Shown: piece after piece, positions 8,711 through 18,732 of the stretch
Numbering within the stretch: position 1 is the stretch's first letter
Layout: each line of letters starts with the position of its first letter
NCBI GenBank assembly: GCA_903953565.1
Contig: CAJBKE010000059.1
Span: forward strand, 15,923 to 79,922
Source of the DNA: an uncultured Verrucomicrobiota bacterium
GTDB lineage: Bacteria > Verrucomicrobiota > Verrucomicrobiia > Chthoniobacterales > JACTMZ01
Reading direction: 5' to 3'
DNA length: 64,000 nucleotides
The notes under the pieces: model-generated
Database searches by the model: none
What the model saw: only the letters and a program-made list of their open reading frames with translations
What the model was told of the DNA's origin: nothing
Position numbers and translations under genes: made by a program

Positions 8711-9832
8711 ATGCTTTTCCTCACCCCGCGATACCGTAAGGAGGCCAAACTCGTTCTCCGGGCTGCGCGCAAGCTCCTGCGTTACCGCCGCGACATCCTT
8801 CCCGACAAGCAACTCATCGGTCTGCGCGAAGCCATCACGCGGCTCGAGGTGGCAATGCGCAAAAATTCGCGCGAAGACATCACGGCTTCGACCGAGAAGC
8901 TGCACGGACTTTTCGACCAGGCTGCCCCCCGCCCACCCCTCGCCGGATTGCGGGAAAACACCGAGGTCATCCTCGTTGCCTTGGTTATCGCACTGGGCGT
9001 GCGCGCTTATTTTTTGCAACCGTTCAAAATTCCCACCGGATCCATGCAACCCACGCTCTACGGCGTCACGGGAACACCGACTGTCGATCCCCTTCCCTCC
9101 TGGCCGGTGCGCGTCGCGGACTTTGTTCTGCGCGGACGCACTTGGATCGACGTTACCGCCGATGCGGACGACTCGGTCATCGGATTGCGCGAGGTCACCC
9201 GGTTCCACTTTTTCACTTCGACCGAAATCATCACGCGCACCCGGACCTACCGCGTGCCCGCGCCGCTCAACGTGGTGCGGACTGACTTCAAGATTTACCC
9301 CGGCCGCCCCCTGACGGCCGGGCAACCCATCGTCCGGGGCCACGCCGACAGCGGCGACCAGCTTTTCGTCGATAAGATCTCCTACAATTTTGTCCGGCCG
9401 GCACCCGGCGATGTCTTCGTCTTCCGCACGACCGGCATCCGCCGCATCGAGGCCGGCATCGCGCCCGGCATGGGATCGCAATACTACATCAAGCGCCTCG
9501 CCGCCACCGGAGGCCAGACCCTTCGCATCGATCCGCCGAAGCTTTACGTCGACGGACAGGTCCCCGAACTGCCGTCGCTCCTGCGCGTCATGTCCTGCCA
9601 AGACGGCTACGCGGGATATTCCAACAGCAGCGCAGGCGGAGGTTCGTTTCCCATCCTCGGATCGCCGGAGACCGAATACACTGTGCCCCGGGCCTCCTAC
9701 TTCGCGCTCGGCGACAACAGCTACCACAGCAGCGACAGCCGCTACTTCGGGCCCGTGCCCGAGCAAAATGTGGTCGGACGGGGCCTGGTCGTCTATTGGC
9801 CGTTTGTCGGACGCTGGGGCCTGATCAACTGA
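8711..9832 (+). CDS. lepB: signal peptidase I (S26)
   Basis: TM anchor VILVALVIALGV, Ser-nucleophile box GSMQPTL, Lys box YYIKRLAATGG, and GDNSYHSSDSRYFGPV. Confidence 0.92.
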   Translation: MLFLTPRYRKEAKLVLRAARKLLRYRRDILPDKQLIGLREAITRLEVAMRKNSREDITASTEKLHGLFDQAAPRPPLAGLRENTEVILVALVIALGVRAYFLQPFKIPTGSMQPTLYGVTGTPTVDPLPSWPVRVADFVLRGRTWIDVTADADDSVIGLREVTRFHFFTSTEIITRTRTYRVPAPLNVVRTDFKIYPGRPLTAGQPIVRGHADSGDQLFVDKISYNFVRPAPGDVFVFRTTGIRRIEAGIAPGMGSQYYIKRLAATGGQTLRIDPPKLYVDGQVPELPSLLRVMSCQDGYAGYSNSSAGGGSFPILGSPETEYTVPRASYFALGDNSYHSSDSRYFGPVPEQNVVGRGLVVYWPFVGRWGLIN

Positions 9833-10598
9833 CCCGGGAAAAATGGCGGATCGCATCCGCCACGCCCTCACCCCACGGATGGGGCGACACGTAGCCTTGG
9901 TTGCGCCGGACGATTTCCTGAACCTCGCGCACCGCATTCGAAGGGCAGGCCACCATGCCGGCAGCGGAACCATCCAGCATGGGAATGTCATTGTGGTGGT
10001 CGCCGATGGCCAGCACCTCTTCCCGCGGAATACCCAGCAACCTTCCCAACTCCGTGAGCGAGGAACCCTTGTGAATCTCGCGGTGAGTGAAACGCATCCA
10101 GACATCGTTGCGGTTGAACGAGAACTCCGGAAGATCTACCGACACCTCGCGAACCAACTCCGCCGTGCGGTCCATCATGGCACTGTCCGCCGTCATCAAT
10201 CCGGCCAGGCGACCGTTCTCGTAGAGAACCTCGATACCGTCTTCCGAGTCGGTCAGACGCTCGATCGCGCTGAAAACGTGTTCCGCACGACCGAACAGCT
10301 CCAAAGTCTGCTTCTCCGTCTTCGCATTCCAGTCGCCGAAAGCCTCCCAACTGCCTTCTTCCACACGGCGGTAGATGTCTTTCTCGCTGCTCAGAACATA
10401 TTCCGGATCATGCGGCAGGTGCGCTTGCTCGAGGCCCTCGAGGGCGAACCAAAGCTGACGCCCGGTATTGATCGCCCAGACCGCGCCACTCCGCCGCAGC
10501 GAGGTGAGAGCACCGAACAAGGACTTCGCCGTGCGCGCGTCGGGCTGGTGTCCGATCAGGGTGCCGTCGAAATCGGTGCTCAACAAACGGATGGGCAT
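9825..10598 (-). CDS. HAD-superfamily hydrolase, Cof-type (subfamily IIB)
   Basis: Motif I STDFDGTL and motif IV GDHHNDIPML. The 3' end overlaps the lepB 3' end by 8 bp (convergent). Confidence 0.8.
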   Translation of the reverse strand: MPIRLLSTDFDGTLIGHQPDARTAKSLFGALTSLRRSGAVWAINTGRQLWFALEGLEQAHLPHDPEYVLSSEKDIYRRVEEGSWEAFGDWNAKTEKQTLELFGRAEHVFSAIERLTDSEDGIEVLYENGRLAGLMTADSAMMDRTAELVREVSVDLPEFSFNRNDVWMRFTHREIHKGSSLTELGRLLGIPREEVLAIGDHHNDIPMLDGSAAGMVACPSNAVREVQEIVRRNQGYVSPHPWGEGVADAIRHFSRVS

Positions 10599-10641
10599 CC
10601 GTTATGCATAAACGAATCTTCTCTCCTCATCCAGCCGACTC

Positions 10642-10920
10642 ATGAAATCCGCTTACGAACTCGCCATGGAACGTCTCGAGTCCAAGGACCCCGGCGTGCT
10701 CCTGACCGACGAGCAAAAGGCGCGCATCGCGGACATCGAGGCCAAATGCAAAGCCGATATCGCAGCCAAAGAGCTTCTTTTGCAGGGTGAAATTGCCACT
10801 GCCACCGCCGCCGGATCGCAGGAGGAACTTGCACAAATCCGACGGCAACTGGCCGACGACATCCGTCGTTTCGAGGAGAAGCGCGAGCGGGAAAAGGAAG
10901 CGGTCCGGCGTGGCGCTTGA
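10642..10920 (+). CDS. hypothetical small charged helical protein (92 aa)
   Basis: Clean ATG ORF with good G/C third positions and a Lys/Glu-rich coiled-coil-like sequence. No recognisable domain. Confidence 0.55.
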   Translation: MKSAYELAMERLESKDPGVLLTDEQKARIADIEAKCKADIAAKELLLQGEIATATAAGSQEELAQIRRQLADDIRRFEEKREREKEAVRRGA

Positions 10921-10924
10921 TCCC

Positions 10925-11421
10925 GTGAACGCCCGCGCCCCCAGCGCCGAAGACGAGAAGTTCATGCGGCACGCCATCGCTCTGGGCGAAAAGGCAGCCC
11001 TCGTGGATTGCACCGCGGACCCTTCGGCTGCGTCATAGTCAAAGACGGCCGGATCATCGCCGGGGGTTCCAACCGTGTGGTCAGCGAAAATGATCCGACG
11101 TGGCACGGCGAGATGGAAGCCATCCGCACGGCGGCGAAGAATCTCGGCACTTTCGATCTCTCCGGATGCACGATTTACACCACGGGCGAACCCTGCCCCA
11201 TGTGCGCAGGCGCGATTTTCTGGGCGCGCATCGACCGCGTGGTCTATGCCTCGACCATCGCCGATGCGCTGCGCTACGGACAATTCGACGACCAACCCAT
11301 CTACAAGGACCTGGCCAAGCCGGTCGACAAACGGCTCACTCCGGCTGTGCAGTGCTTGCGGGACGAAATGCTCGGTCTCTGGCAACGCTACGAAGCGAAG
11401 CCGGACCGAGTCCGTTACTGA
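10925..11421 (+). pseudogene. guaD: guanine deaminase (CDA-fold, GuaD-type) interrupted by a 1-nt frameshift near 11017
   Basis: The N-terminal helix (EDEKFMRHAIALGEKAAL) reads in frame 2 and stops at 11036. The rest reads in frame 1: GPFGCVIVKDG..., HGEMEAIR, TTGEPCPMCAGAIFWARI. One extra G in GCGGAC at about 11015-11020 would fuse them. The start (GTG 10925 or 10910) is uncertain. Confidence 0.7.
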
Positions 11422-13328
11422 GAGGTGGCCAAGCCGGCTTGCAGTTCGTCGAACTCGCGCGCCAGAATACTGCCCGACTCGAATCTCATAACCCGCCCGG
11501 CAAGGTCCAAAGCACGCCGCGCATCCTTGGCGCGCCCGCCCGACTGCAACTGGAGAACAAACGGCCGGACCACGCCGTAAAAGAAGTTGCCGCCGCCGGT
11601 CGCGCCGATCTTGCCGGCGAGCGACCGGTATTCGCGCATGGCAGCCTCGTAGTCACCCTCCTGCATGAGCCGCGAGAGCATCTCCCCGCCGGTGGCCGCA
11701 CTAAGGTCGGTCCGCTGACGGCGGTTTTCGCGGATCATGCGCGCTTCGATCTCGCGGGCGGTTTGTCCATCACCGCCGTCGCGCTCCAAATCGGCCAATC
11801 GCGCCTGGTAGCGAACGCGCAGATCTTCCTCGCGGCGGAAGCGGTCCAGCGCCTCGGTGTAGTGGACCCGCAAAGCGGACGTGTCCGCCGCTGCGACCAA
11901 AACATTCTCCTTCGCTTCCCACGCCGCGAAATTGTCCGGCGCATGAAAGCGCGCACTGTCCGCGGCCGCCGCAGCCGACGGCAAATCCCCGCGCTGCCGA
12001 TGGATTGCCACCATGGCCAGATCGCCCAAGGCCGCATCGTGTCCGGGTGAGCGGACCGCACGGCCCGACAAGTAGAGCAGCTCATGGTCCGTGACAGGCA
12101 ACCAGGTTTGCGGATCAAGCGCCTGCCCGACTGTGTAACGCTGGTTGAAGAACCGCCCCGCATCCAACTCCCACTTCCCGTTCCCGCGCAGGTAGCCGAA
12201 CCACGCATGACCGCCGTCCTGCCCCTGACCGGCAAAATAAAGCGTCGGGATTCCTTTGGCCTTGCCGGCGATGCAGGCAAAGTAGGACTGATCGGTGCAG
12301 ATTCCGCCCGCCACTTCAATGTTGGCCAGCCGGTAAGTGCCTTGGGTCCACATGAAATCTCCGCGCTCGGCCCGCCGGCGGTCGTAGCGGACCATGTCCA
12401 GCACGCGGTCGAATTGATCGCGTCGGGCGCGCACATTTTTGGCCGCCCATTCGAATTCGGACAAGGGCACCGGGGCGTCGACGAGGAACTTCAATTCCGC
12501 GGCGGAAAGCCGGCGCAAATCATGCTCCAACTTCCGCGCTTCGTTCGCCCGCAGGAAGTAGGCAAATTGATCCGCAACATCGTCACCGGTGCGCGGAACT
12601 GCCGCGGCGGCAACTTGGTGATGCGGCCAGAAAGCCGGCTCCCGCTGGTCGTAGACCACAGCGTAGGCCAGCATGAGCGAGCGGTAAGCCGGCCACGCGC
12701 CGGGATGCGCACGGCGCAGTTGCTGCAGACGGGTGATAACCACCGGGGCGAAATCATCCGGTTTCAATTCGCGGAAAAATTCTTTCAGAAATTCATCGTC
12801 CAAGGCCAGCGCGGCCAGAAATTCCTCGGTGGCCCGCCCTGCCACGGGGCCTGCTTGCGGCGTGTAATCGTCCGGTAGCAAAGTCTGGAGGATGTCCGCG
12901 GGAACGGAGGCGACATCGATCTTATCCGCCGCCGTGGGCAGCGGACGCCCGCTGCGGTCGGTGGGCAGGGCCATACCCGGTGGGATGATCAACAAGGCGT
13001 TCTCCTTCTCCGGATTCTGCAGGACGCGCCGGCCCAACCATGCGCGCAGAACCTCCGGCTCCGGTGTTCCGAGCAGGCGGCACCAATGGTAGAGACGTTG
13101 CCATTGGCGGAAGAGCGCGTTGCCGGAACTGCCGGCTTGCGCGGCATGGGTCGGCTTCCACACCGAGGCAAGTTTGGCCTCAAGGTCGTCCGCGGCGACC
13201 GACCAACCCATCTGGCGTATCGCCTGCACATCCTGCGCAGTCGGCATCCGACGGAGGTCGAATTCCGCCCGAGCCGTCGCCGCTACAGAGACGAAACCGA
13301 GAAGAACAGCCACCACCACCCGTTTCAT
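11415..13328 (-). CDS. secreted transglutaminase-like (Cys-His-Asp core) domain protein
   Basis: Signal peptide MKRVVVAVLLGFVSVAATARA. Core GGICTDQSYFACIAGKAKGIPTLYFAG...GGHAWFGYL...WELDAG matches the transglutaminase-like cysteine-protease fold. Confidence 0.65.
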   Translation of the reverse strand: MKRVVVAVLLGFVSVAATARAEFDLRRMPTAQDVQAIRQMGWSVAADDLEAKLASVWKPTHAAQAGSSGNALFRQWQRLYHWCRLLGTPEPEVLRAWLGRRVLQNPEKENALLIIPPGMALPTDRSGRPLPTAADKIDVASVPADILQTLLPDDYTPQAGPVAGRATEEFLAALALDDEFLKEFFRELKPDDFAPVVITRLQQLRRAHPGAWPAYRSLMLAYAVVYDQREPAFWPHHQVAAAAVPRTGDDVADQFAYFLRANEARKLEHDLRRLSAAELKFLVDAPVPLSEFEWAAKNVRARRDQFDRVLDMVRYDRRRAERGDFMWTQGTYRLANIEVAGGICTDQSYFACIAGKAKGIPTLYFAGQGQDGGHAWFGYLRGNGKWELDAGRFFNQRYTVGQALDPQTWLPVTDHELLYLSGRAVRSPGHDAALGDLAMVAIHRQRGDLPSAAAAADSARFHAPDNFAAWEAKENVLVAAADTSALRVHYTEALDRFRREEDLRVRYQARLADLERDGGDGQTAREIEARMIRENRRQRTDLSAATGGEMLSRLMQEGDYEAAMREYRSLAGKIGATGGGNFFYGVVRPFVLQLQSGGRAKDARRALDLAGRVMRFESGSILAREFDELQAGLATSQ

Positions 13329-13418
13329 CCCCCCACCATAACCACCCCCGCCCCCTTGCCAAGGGCCACAATCCGCTTTTGCGCTGCCCGGCCGCCGCTC
13401 TATCCTTCCCGGTTACGC

Positions 13419-16322
13419 ATGATGCCTTCTTCCGAGCCAGCCAGCATACGCGTCAAAGGTGCACGTCAGCACAATTTGAAAAACGTCGACGTTGTCATCC
13501 CGCGGAACCGTTTTGTCGTGCTCACCGGACCGAGCGGATCCGGCAAATCATCCCTCGCTTTCGATACGCTCTATGCCGAAGGCCAGCGCAAATATGTCGA
13601 AAGCCTTTCGGCTTACGCGCGTCAATTCCTCGATCGCCTCGAGCGCCCCGATGTGGACTTTGTCGAAGGCCTCTCGCCTTCCATCGCCATCGAGCAACGC
13701 ACCGCGGCCGCCGGACCGCGTTCCACCATCGCCACGACGACTGAGATCTACGACTACCTGCGCATTCTCTACTCGGCGCTCGGCATTCCGCACGATCCGG
13801 AGACCGGAGAAGTCGTGCGCCGGCAGACGCCGCAGGAAATAACCGATGCCATCCTTGCCTTGCCGCCGGACAGCAAATTGGTCCTGCTGGCCCCTGTCGT
13901 GCGCGGACAGACCGGCGAGTTCCGCGACATCATCGAAAAACTCCGCCGTGAGGGCTTCGTTCGCGCGCGCATTGACGGCGAAATCACGGACCTCGGGACG
14001 GAGAGCAAGATCCGCTTGGATAAAAAGCGCCGCCACGTCATCGAGGCGGTAGTCGATCGCTTGGTGCTCAAACCGGGTGCCCGCCAGCGTCTGGCCGACT
14101 CGGTGGAAACCGCCCTGCGCTGGGGCGAAGGTAACCTCATCGCCTCGGTCCAACCGCATGGTGAAACCAAATTTTCCGATCACCCTTTTTCCACCGCATT
14201 TTCCAATCCGCGCACCGGCTTCAGCCTGCCGCGGCTCACCCCCCAGCATTTTTCGTTCAACAGCCATCTTGGAGCCTGCCCGGCGTGCCAAGGACTAGGC
14301 ACCGAGCCTTATTTCGATCCGGACCTGATCCTCGACGCGGACAAATCCCTCGATGACGGTGCCATTGTCGCTTGGCGCAAGGGCACGCCGAAAATGCTGG
14401 GCTATTACGCGGCACTGACCGCCGCGCTGGCCGCGGACGCCGGAGTGCGCACCGATGTTCCGCTGGGAAAACTCCCTCCGTCTTTCCGCGAACTCCTTCT
14501 TCATGGCTCCGGTGACCGCGCTGTAGAGGTGCAGTTCGGGTCGGGAGCCTCACGGCAGAAAATAAGCAAACCATTCGACGGTCTGCTAGTGCAGTTGGAT
14601 CACCTCCTCGCCCGGGCCAAAGGCGAATCACTCCGTCAACGGCTCAAAGCCCTGCAAAACCGACGTCCATGCGCCCGTTGCCACGGGGCCAGGCTGCGGC
14701 CAGAGATTCTCGCGGTCACCCTCGTCACCTCGGACGGAGCGGAATTCGGCATCGATGCGCTATGTGACCTCACCATCTCGCGCGCGGCACAAGTCGTGGG
14801 GAACTTGCAGCTAAGCGAAAAAGACGAAGCCATTGCCTCGGAGGTGGTGTCGGAAATCTCCCGCCGCCTCGCTTTCCTCGAGGAGGTCGGCTTGGGATAC
14901 CTTACCCTGAAACGCGAGAGCGGAACCCTCTCCGGAGGCGAAGCGCAGCGCATCCGGCTCGCCACGCAGATCGGCAGCGGATTGGCCGGTGTGCTCTATG
15001 TTTTGGACGAGCCGAGTATCGGGCTGCACCAACGCGACAACGAACGCCTCATCGCCACGCTCAAACGTCTGCGCGACCTCGGCAACTCGGTGCTCGTTGT
15101 CGAGCACGATCACGACACCATTGCGGCAGCCGACCACATCATCGACATCGGCCCCGGTGCCGGCCCGCTCGGCGGGCAAATCGTCGCCCAAGGCACACTC
15201 GACGAGGTCGCTGCCGCACCGCAATCGCTGACCGGTCGTTACCTCAGCGGACAACTGCGCATCCGTGTTCCGGCCAAACGAAACCAACCACTGACACCGC
15301 GTACATTGGTCGCAGGGATGACAGACGGATGGCTGAGCGTGACCGGCGCCCGCGAGAACAACCTCCGTAATATCGACGCGCACTTTCCCCTCGGCACTTT
15401 CGTCTGTGTGACCGGCGTCTCCGGCAGCGGGAAATCGACTTTGGTCAATGACATCCTGCGGGCCGCGCTGGCTCGTGATCTTTATCGCGCCAAGGAAACA
15501 CCGGGGGCCCACGACGCCATCATCGGCGCCGGACAGGTCCATCGTCTCGTTGTCGTGGATCAATCACCCATCGGCCGCACCCCCCGCTCGAACCCCGCCA
15601 CCTATACCGGCGCATTCGGTCCGATCCGCGAACTTTTCTCGCAGGTCCCCGCCGCACGGGTGCGCGGATACAACTCCGGGCGCTTCAGCTTCAATGTCAA
15701 AGGCGGACGCTGCGAGCACTGCCAGGGCGACGGCTCGCTCAAAGTCGAAATGCATTTTCTCGCCGATGTCTTCGTCACCTGCGACATCTGCCACGGACGC
15801 CGCTACAACCGCGAAACGCTGGAGATCACCTACAAAGGAAAAAATATCGCCGACGTTCTCGACATGACCGTCGACGAAGCGCTCTCCTTTTTCCGCGCCG
15901 TCCCCACGGTGGCCGACAAGCTGGCCACCATGCAGGAAGTCGGCCTTGGTTATCTCACCCTCGGGCAATCGGCCAGCACGCTGTCTGGCGGCGAAGCGCA
16001 ACGGATCAAGCTCTCGACCGAACTCTCCAAACGCGGCGGATCGAAGACCCTCTACATCCTCGATGAACCGACCACCGGACTGCACGTCTCCGACGTCGAC
16101 ACATTGCTGCAGGTGCTCGTGAAACTGCGCAATGCCGGCAACACCCTGATCGTCATCGAGCACAACATGGACGTGATCAAATGCGCAGACTGGATTCTCG
16201 ACCTCGGCCCCGATGGCGGCGAAAATGGAGGGCGAATCATCGCGGAGGGACCGCCCGAGGCCGTGGCCAAAGTGGCCGACAGCGAGACCGGGCAATACCT
16301 CCGCAAAATCCTCGAAAAATGA
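13419..16322 (+). CDS. uvrA: excinuclease ABC subunit A
   Basis: MMPSSEPASIRVKGARQHNLKNVDV, two Walker A boxes (GPSGSGKSS, GVSGSGKST) and LSGGEAQR signatures. Start ATG 13419 is preferred over the Arg-rich extension from 13086. Confidence 0.95.
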   Translation: MMPSSEPASIRVKGARQHNLKNVDVVIPRNRFVVLTGPSGSGKSSLAFDTLYAEGQRKYVESLSAYARQFLDRLERPDVDFVEGLSPSIAIEQRTAAAGPRSTIATTTEIYDYLRILYSALGIPHDPETGEVVRRQTPQEITDAILALPPDSKLVLLAPVVRGQTGEFRDIIEKLRREGFVRARIDGEITDLGTESKIRLDKKRRHVIEAVVDRLVLKPGARQRLADSVETALRWGEGNLIASVQPHGETKFSDHPFSTAFSNPRTGFSLPRLTPQHFSFNSHLGACPACQGLGTEPYFDPDLILDADKSLDDGAIVAWRKGTPKMLGYYAALTAALAADAGVRTDVPLGKLPPSFRELLLHGSGDRAVEVQFGSGASRQKISKPFDGLLVQLDHLLARAKGESLRQRLKALQNRRPCARCHGARLRPEILAVTLVTSDGAEFGIDALCDLTISRAAQVVGNLQLSEKDEAIASEVVSEISRRLAFLEEVGLGYLTLKRESGTLSGGEAQRIRLATQIGSGLAGVLYVLDEPSIGLHQRDNERLIATLKRLRDLGNSVLVVEHDHDTIAAADHIIDIGPGAGPLGGQIVAQGTLDEVAAAPQSLTGRYLSGQLRIRVPAKRNQPLTPRTLVAGMTDGWLSVTGARENNLRNIDAHFPLGTFVCVTGVSGSGKSTLVNDILRAALARDLYRAKETPGAHDAIIGAGQVHRLVVVDQSPIGRTPRSNPATYTGAFGPIRELFSQVPAARVRGYNSGRFSFNVKGGRCEHCQGDGSLKVEMHFLADVFVTCDICHGRRYNRETLEITYKGKNIADVLDMTVDEALSFFRAVPTVADKLATMQEVGLGYLTLGQSASTLSGGEAQRIKLSTELSKRGGSKTLYILDEPTTGLHVSDVDTLLQVLVKLRNAGNTLIVIEHNMDVIKCADWILDLGPDGGENGGRIIAEGPPEAVAKVADSETGQYLRKILEK

Positions 16323-18730
16323 GACCGATCTTCGCGCTCTGGCTGGTGCTGGCCTCCACCGCGGTGGCTGATCCCACTTCCGTGGTGGAAAGGGCTCAGG
16401 CGGCGCTCCGTGAAGGCATGCCGCAAACCGCCATCACCCCGCTGCAAGAGGCGCTGCGCAAGTCGCCCGCCTCCGGAAGGAACGAACTCGGACTGATGCT
16501 CGCACGTGTCCAACTGGCCGCCGGGCGCCCCGAGGATGCCCTGAAAACCCTCGACGGTCCGTGTGACCGGGGATCCTCGGAAGCCGTGCTCCTGCGCGCC
16601 GCGGCGCTCGCCAGCCAAGGCAAACTCGAGCAAGCGGCAAAGCTTGCCAGCCAACAGGCGCCGGATAACCCCGCGGCCTCGCTCCTTCTTGCCCGCATCC
16701 GCGCCGAGCAAGGCGACCTGGAAGCAGCCCGAACCCTCCTGCCCGCTCCCGGCAGCCCGTTGCCCCCGGATCCCAACGCCCTGCGTCTGCTCTTGGATTT
16801 GCAATTGTCCGGCGACGATCCTTCCGCGGCGGAATCGACCATCAACGCCGCGCGGGAACAAAATCTGCTCCCGGGTCACGAATTGGACGTGGCCCTTGGC
16901 CGCGTCCGTCTCGCGCAGAACCGTCCGTCCGACGCCTCGGAAGTTTTCCGCAATGTTCTCGGCTCCGGCGAATTACCGTCTCCGGTGCGGGACAATGCGC
17001 GCCTCGGCTTGGCGCGATCGCTCGTCGTCCTCGGAGTAGATGCGCGCGCCCGCGATGTGCTGCGCGAAGGACTGGGCGAAGCGCCCGATGCGCGGACCAC
17101 GCGCGAGAGCATGCAGCAATGGATCGACCTCGAGCGCAAACTCGGCGCGGATCCGTCGGCCGATCTCCGCACGTGGGCGGAAGAAAAAGGAACCCGCCGC
17201 GCCTTGGAAGCCCGCCTGCAACTGGCACAATTCGACCTCGGACAAAAGCGCCCGGACGCAGCGATCGGCGCCCTCTACGAATTGGCGGGCGATCCGGCCC
17301 TCCCCGCGGATGAAGCCCTGCGCGCCCGTCTCCTCTTGGCCGAAGCACGGATCGTCGCCGGACAAACCAAAGAAGCCCTTGAATCACTCGACGCCATACC
17401 CGCCGGAAAAACGGGACCGGCTTCTGCTTACCGTCTTGCCGATCTGCGCGGCCGCGCGCTCGCGGCCAATGGTGCGCATCGGCGCGCTTATGATTCATTC
17501 GCCACCGCATCCGACGAAGCGGGCACCCAGGAGGAGAAAACCGTAGCCGCCACCAACCGCCTGCTCACCGCACTCGCGGCCGAAGATCTCGACTTGGCCC
17601 GCAAATCTTTCGAACTCCTGCGGGAGACCGATCCCGCGAACCCCGACCTCGTACGATGGTCCTTCCTCCTCGCCACGGCCGAGGCGCGCCAAGGCAAGAT
17701 CGACGGGCTCAACGCCCTCGCCCGCCGTGCGCCCGCGGCCGACTACGCCTTCCAAGCCAAACTTGCCTTGGCCGAATGGCGACTGGCCCGTGGCGAGGCC
17801 GAGGCCGCCGAACGGATCCTGCGCACGGCGGAGACCGAAGCCGATGCCGAGCCGCGTGCCGCCGCGCTGGCCGCCGCCGCCATTTTTGCCGCGGACAATG
17901 CCGGCTCCCGGCCGCGCGAGGAGCTGGTCCAAGCTTCCACGGAATTCCTCGCCGCCCATGCCGACGCGCCCGAGGCGCCCGACATCGCTTTCAAACTTGG
18001 CGAGTTGCATTCCCGCGCCGGTGATCACACCGCGGCGGAATCGGTCCTCGCCGGTCTCGCGCAAAATGCGACCGATCCGGAGCAGGCCGCGCTGGCCAAA
18101 TTTTTTGCCGCCCAATCCGCCGCACGAAGCATGAGCGCCGAAGGCGCCGGACGCGCCCTCGCTTGGTTCGACGAGATCGCGCAAAGCCAGTCGCCTCTGC
18201 GGCACCGCGCGCGTTTCGAGCAGGCATCACTCCTCTTACGCGACCGCAAGTTCACCGATGCGATCACGCTCTATGACCGCATTCTGGCCGGCAACCCGCC
18301 GCCCGAGGTCAAGAACGCCGCACTCATGGAGAAAGCCGACACGCTTTTCGCCCTTGGCACCGACGATCCTTCCAAATTCTCCGAAGCCGCTGCGGTCTAT
18401 GCCGGTCTGGCCAACGAAGCCTCCGCCCCCGCTGACTGGCGCGACCAAGCCGCCTGCAAGCGCGCCGCCGCTCTGGCCAAGGCCGGCCAGTCGGAAGCCG
18501 CCCTGGCCGCCTACCGCGAAGTTCTGGCCCGCCCCCCCGGCACGGCTGCCGACCATTTTTGGTTCTACAAAGCCGGACTCGAGGCCGGACGCCTCCTCGA
18601 GGAACAAAAGGATTGGTCGGCCGCCATAGCCGTCTACGATAAATTGGCATCCGCGGAAGGACCGCAGCGCGAAGACCTCAAGCAGCGCGCGCGTCGCCTG
18701 CGCCTCGAACATTTCATCTGGGAAAACTGA
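16319..18730 (+). CDS. secreted TPR-repeat protein (803 aa)
   Basis: ATG 16319 overlaps the uvrA stop (ATGA). Signal peptide MRPIFALWLVLASTAVA. Ala/Leu-rich helical repeats run throughout. Confidence 0.75.
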   Translation: MRPIFALWLVLASTAVADPTSVVERAQAALREGMPQTAITPLQEALRKSPASGRNELGLMLARVQLAAGRPEDALKTLDGPCDRGSSEAVLLRAAALASQGKLEQAAKLASQQAPDNPAASLLLARIRAEQGDLEAARTLLPAPGSPLPPDPNALRLLLDLQLSGDDPSAAESTINAAREQNLLPGHELDVALGRVRLAQNRPSDASEVFRNVLGSGELPSPVRDNARLGLARSLVVLGVDARARDVLREGLGEAPDARTTRESMQQWIDLERKLGADPSADLRTWAEEKGTRRALEARLQLAQFDLGQKRPDAAIGALYELAGDPALPADEALRARLLLAEARIVAGQTKEALESLDAIPAGKTGPASAYRLADLRGRALAANGAHRRAYDSFATASDEAGTQEEKTVAATNRLLTALAAEDLDLARKSFELLRETDPANPDLVRWSFLLATAEARQGKIDGLNALARRAPAADYAFQAKLALAEWRLARGEAEAAERILRTAETEADAEPRAAALAAAAIFAADNAGSRPREELVQASTEFLAAHADAPEAPDIAFKLGELHSRAGDHTAAESVLAGLAQNATDPEQAALAKFFAAQSAARSMSAEGAGRALAWFDEIAQSQSPLRHRARFEQASLLLRDRKFTDAITLYDRILAGNPPPEVKNAALMEKADTLFALGTDDPSKFSEAAAVYAGLANEASAPADWRDQAACKRAAALAKAGQSEAALAAYREVLARPPGTAADHFWFYKAGLEAGRLLEEQKDWSAAIAVYDKLASAEGPQREDLKQRARRLRLEHFIWEN

Positions 18731-18732
18731 CC

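Noticed and set aside
9825-9832. Convergent 3' overlaps (lepB/HAD 8 bp; guaD/transglutaminase-like 7 bp at 11415-11421) as regulatory antisense features
   Set aside because: Short convergent stop-region overlaps are common in compact high-GC genomes, and no additional structure was seen.
8555-10105. 516-aa minus-strand ORF spanning lepB and the HAD hydrolase gene
   Set aside because: It is antisense to two genes with clear catalytic motifs. Its Arg/Gly/Ala/Pro-rich composition is typical of shadow ORFs in high-GC DNA, and it has no recognisable domain.
13086-13418. Upstream extensions of uvrA (from 13086), the TPR gene (from 16181), dsbD (from 43190) and other track ORFs
   Set aside because: The extensions are Arg/Pro-rich, overlap neighbouring genes or repeats, and precede well-conserved N-termini with their own start codons.
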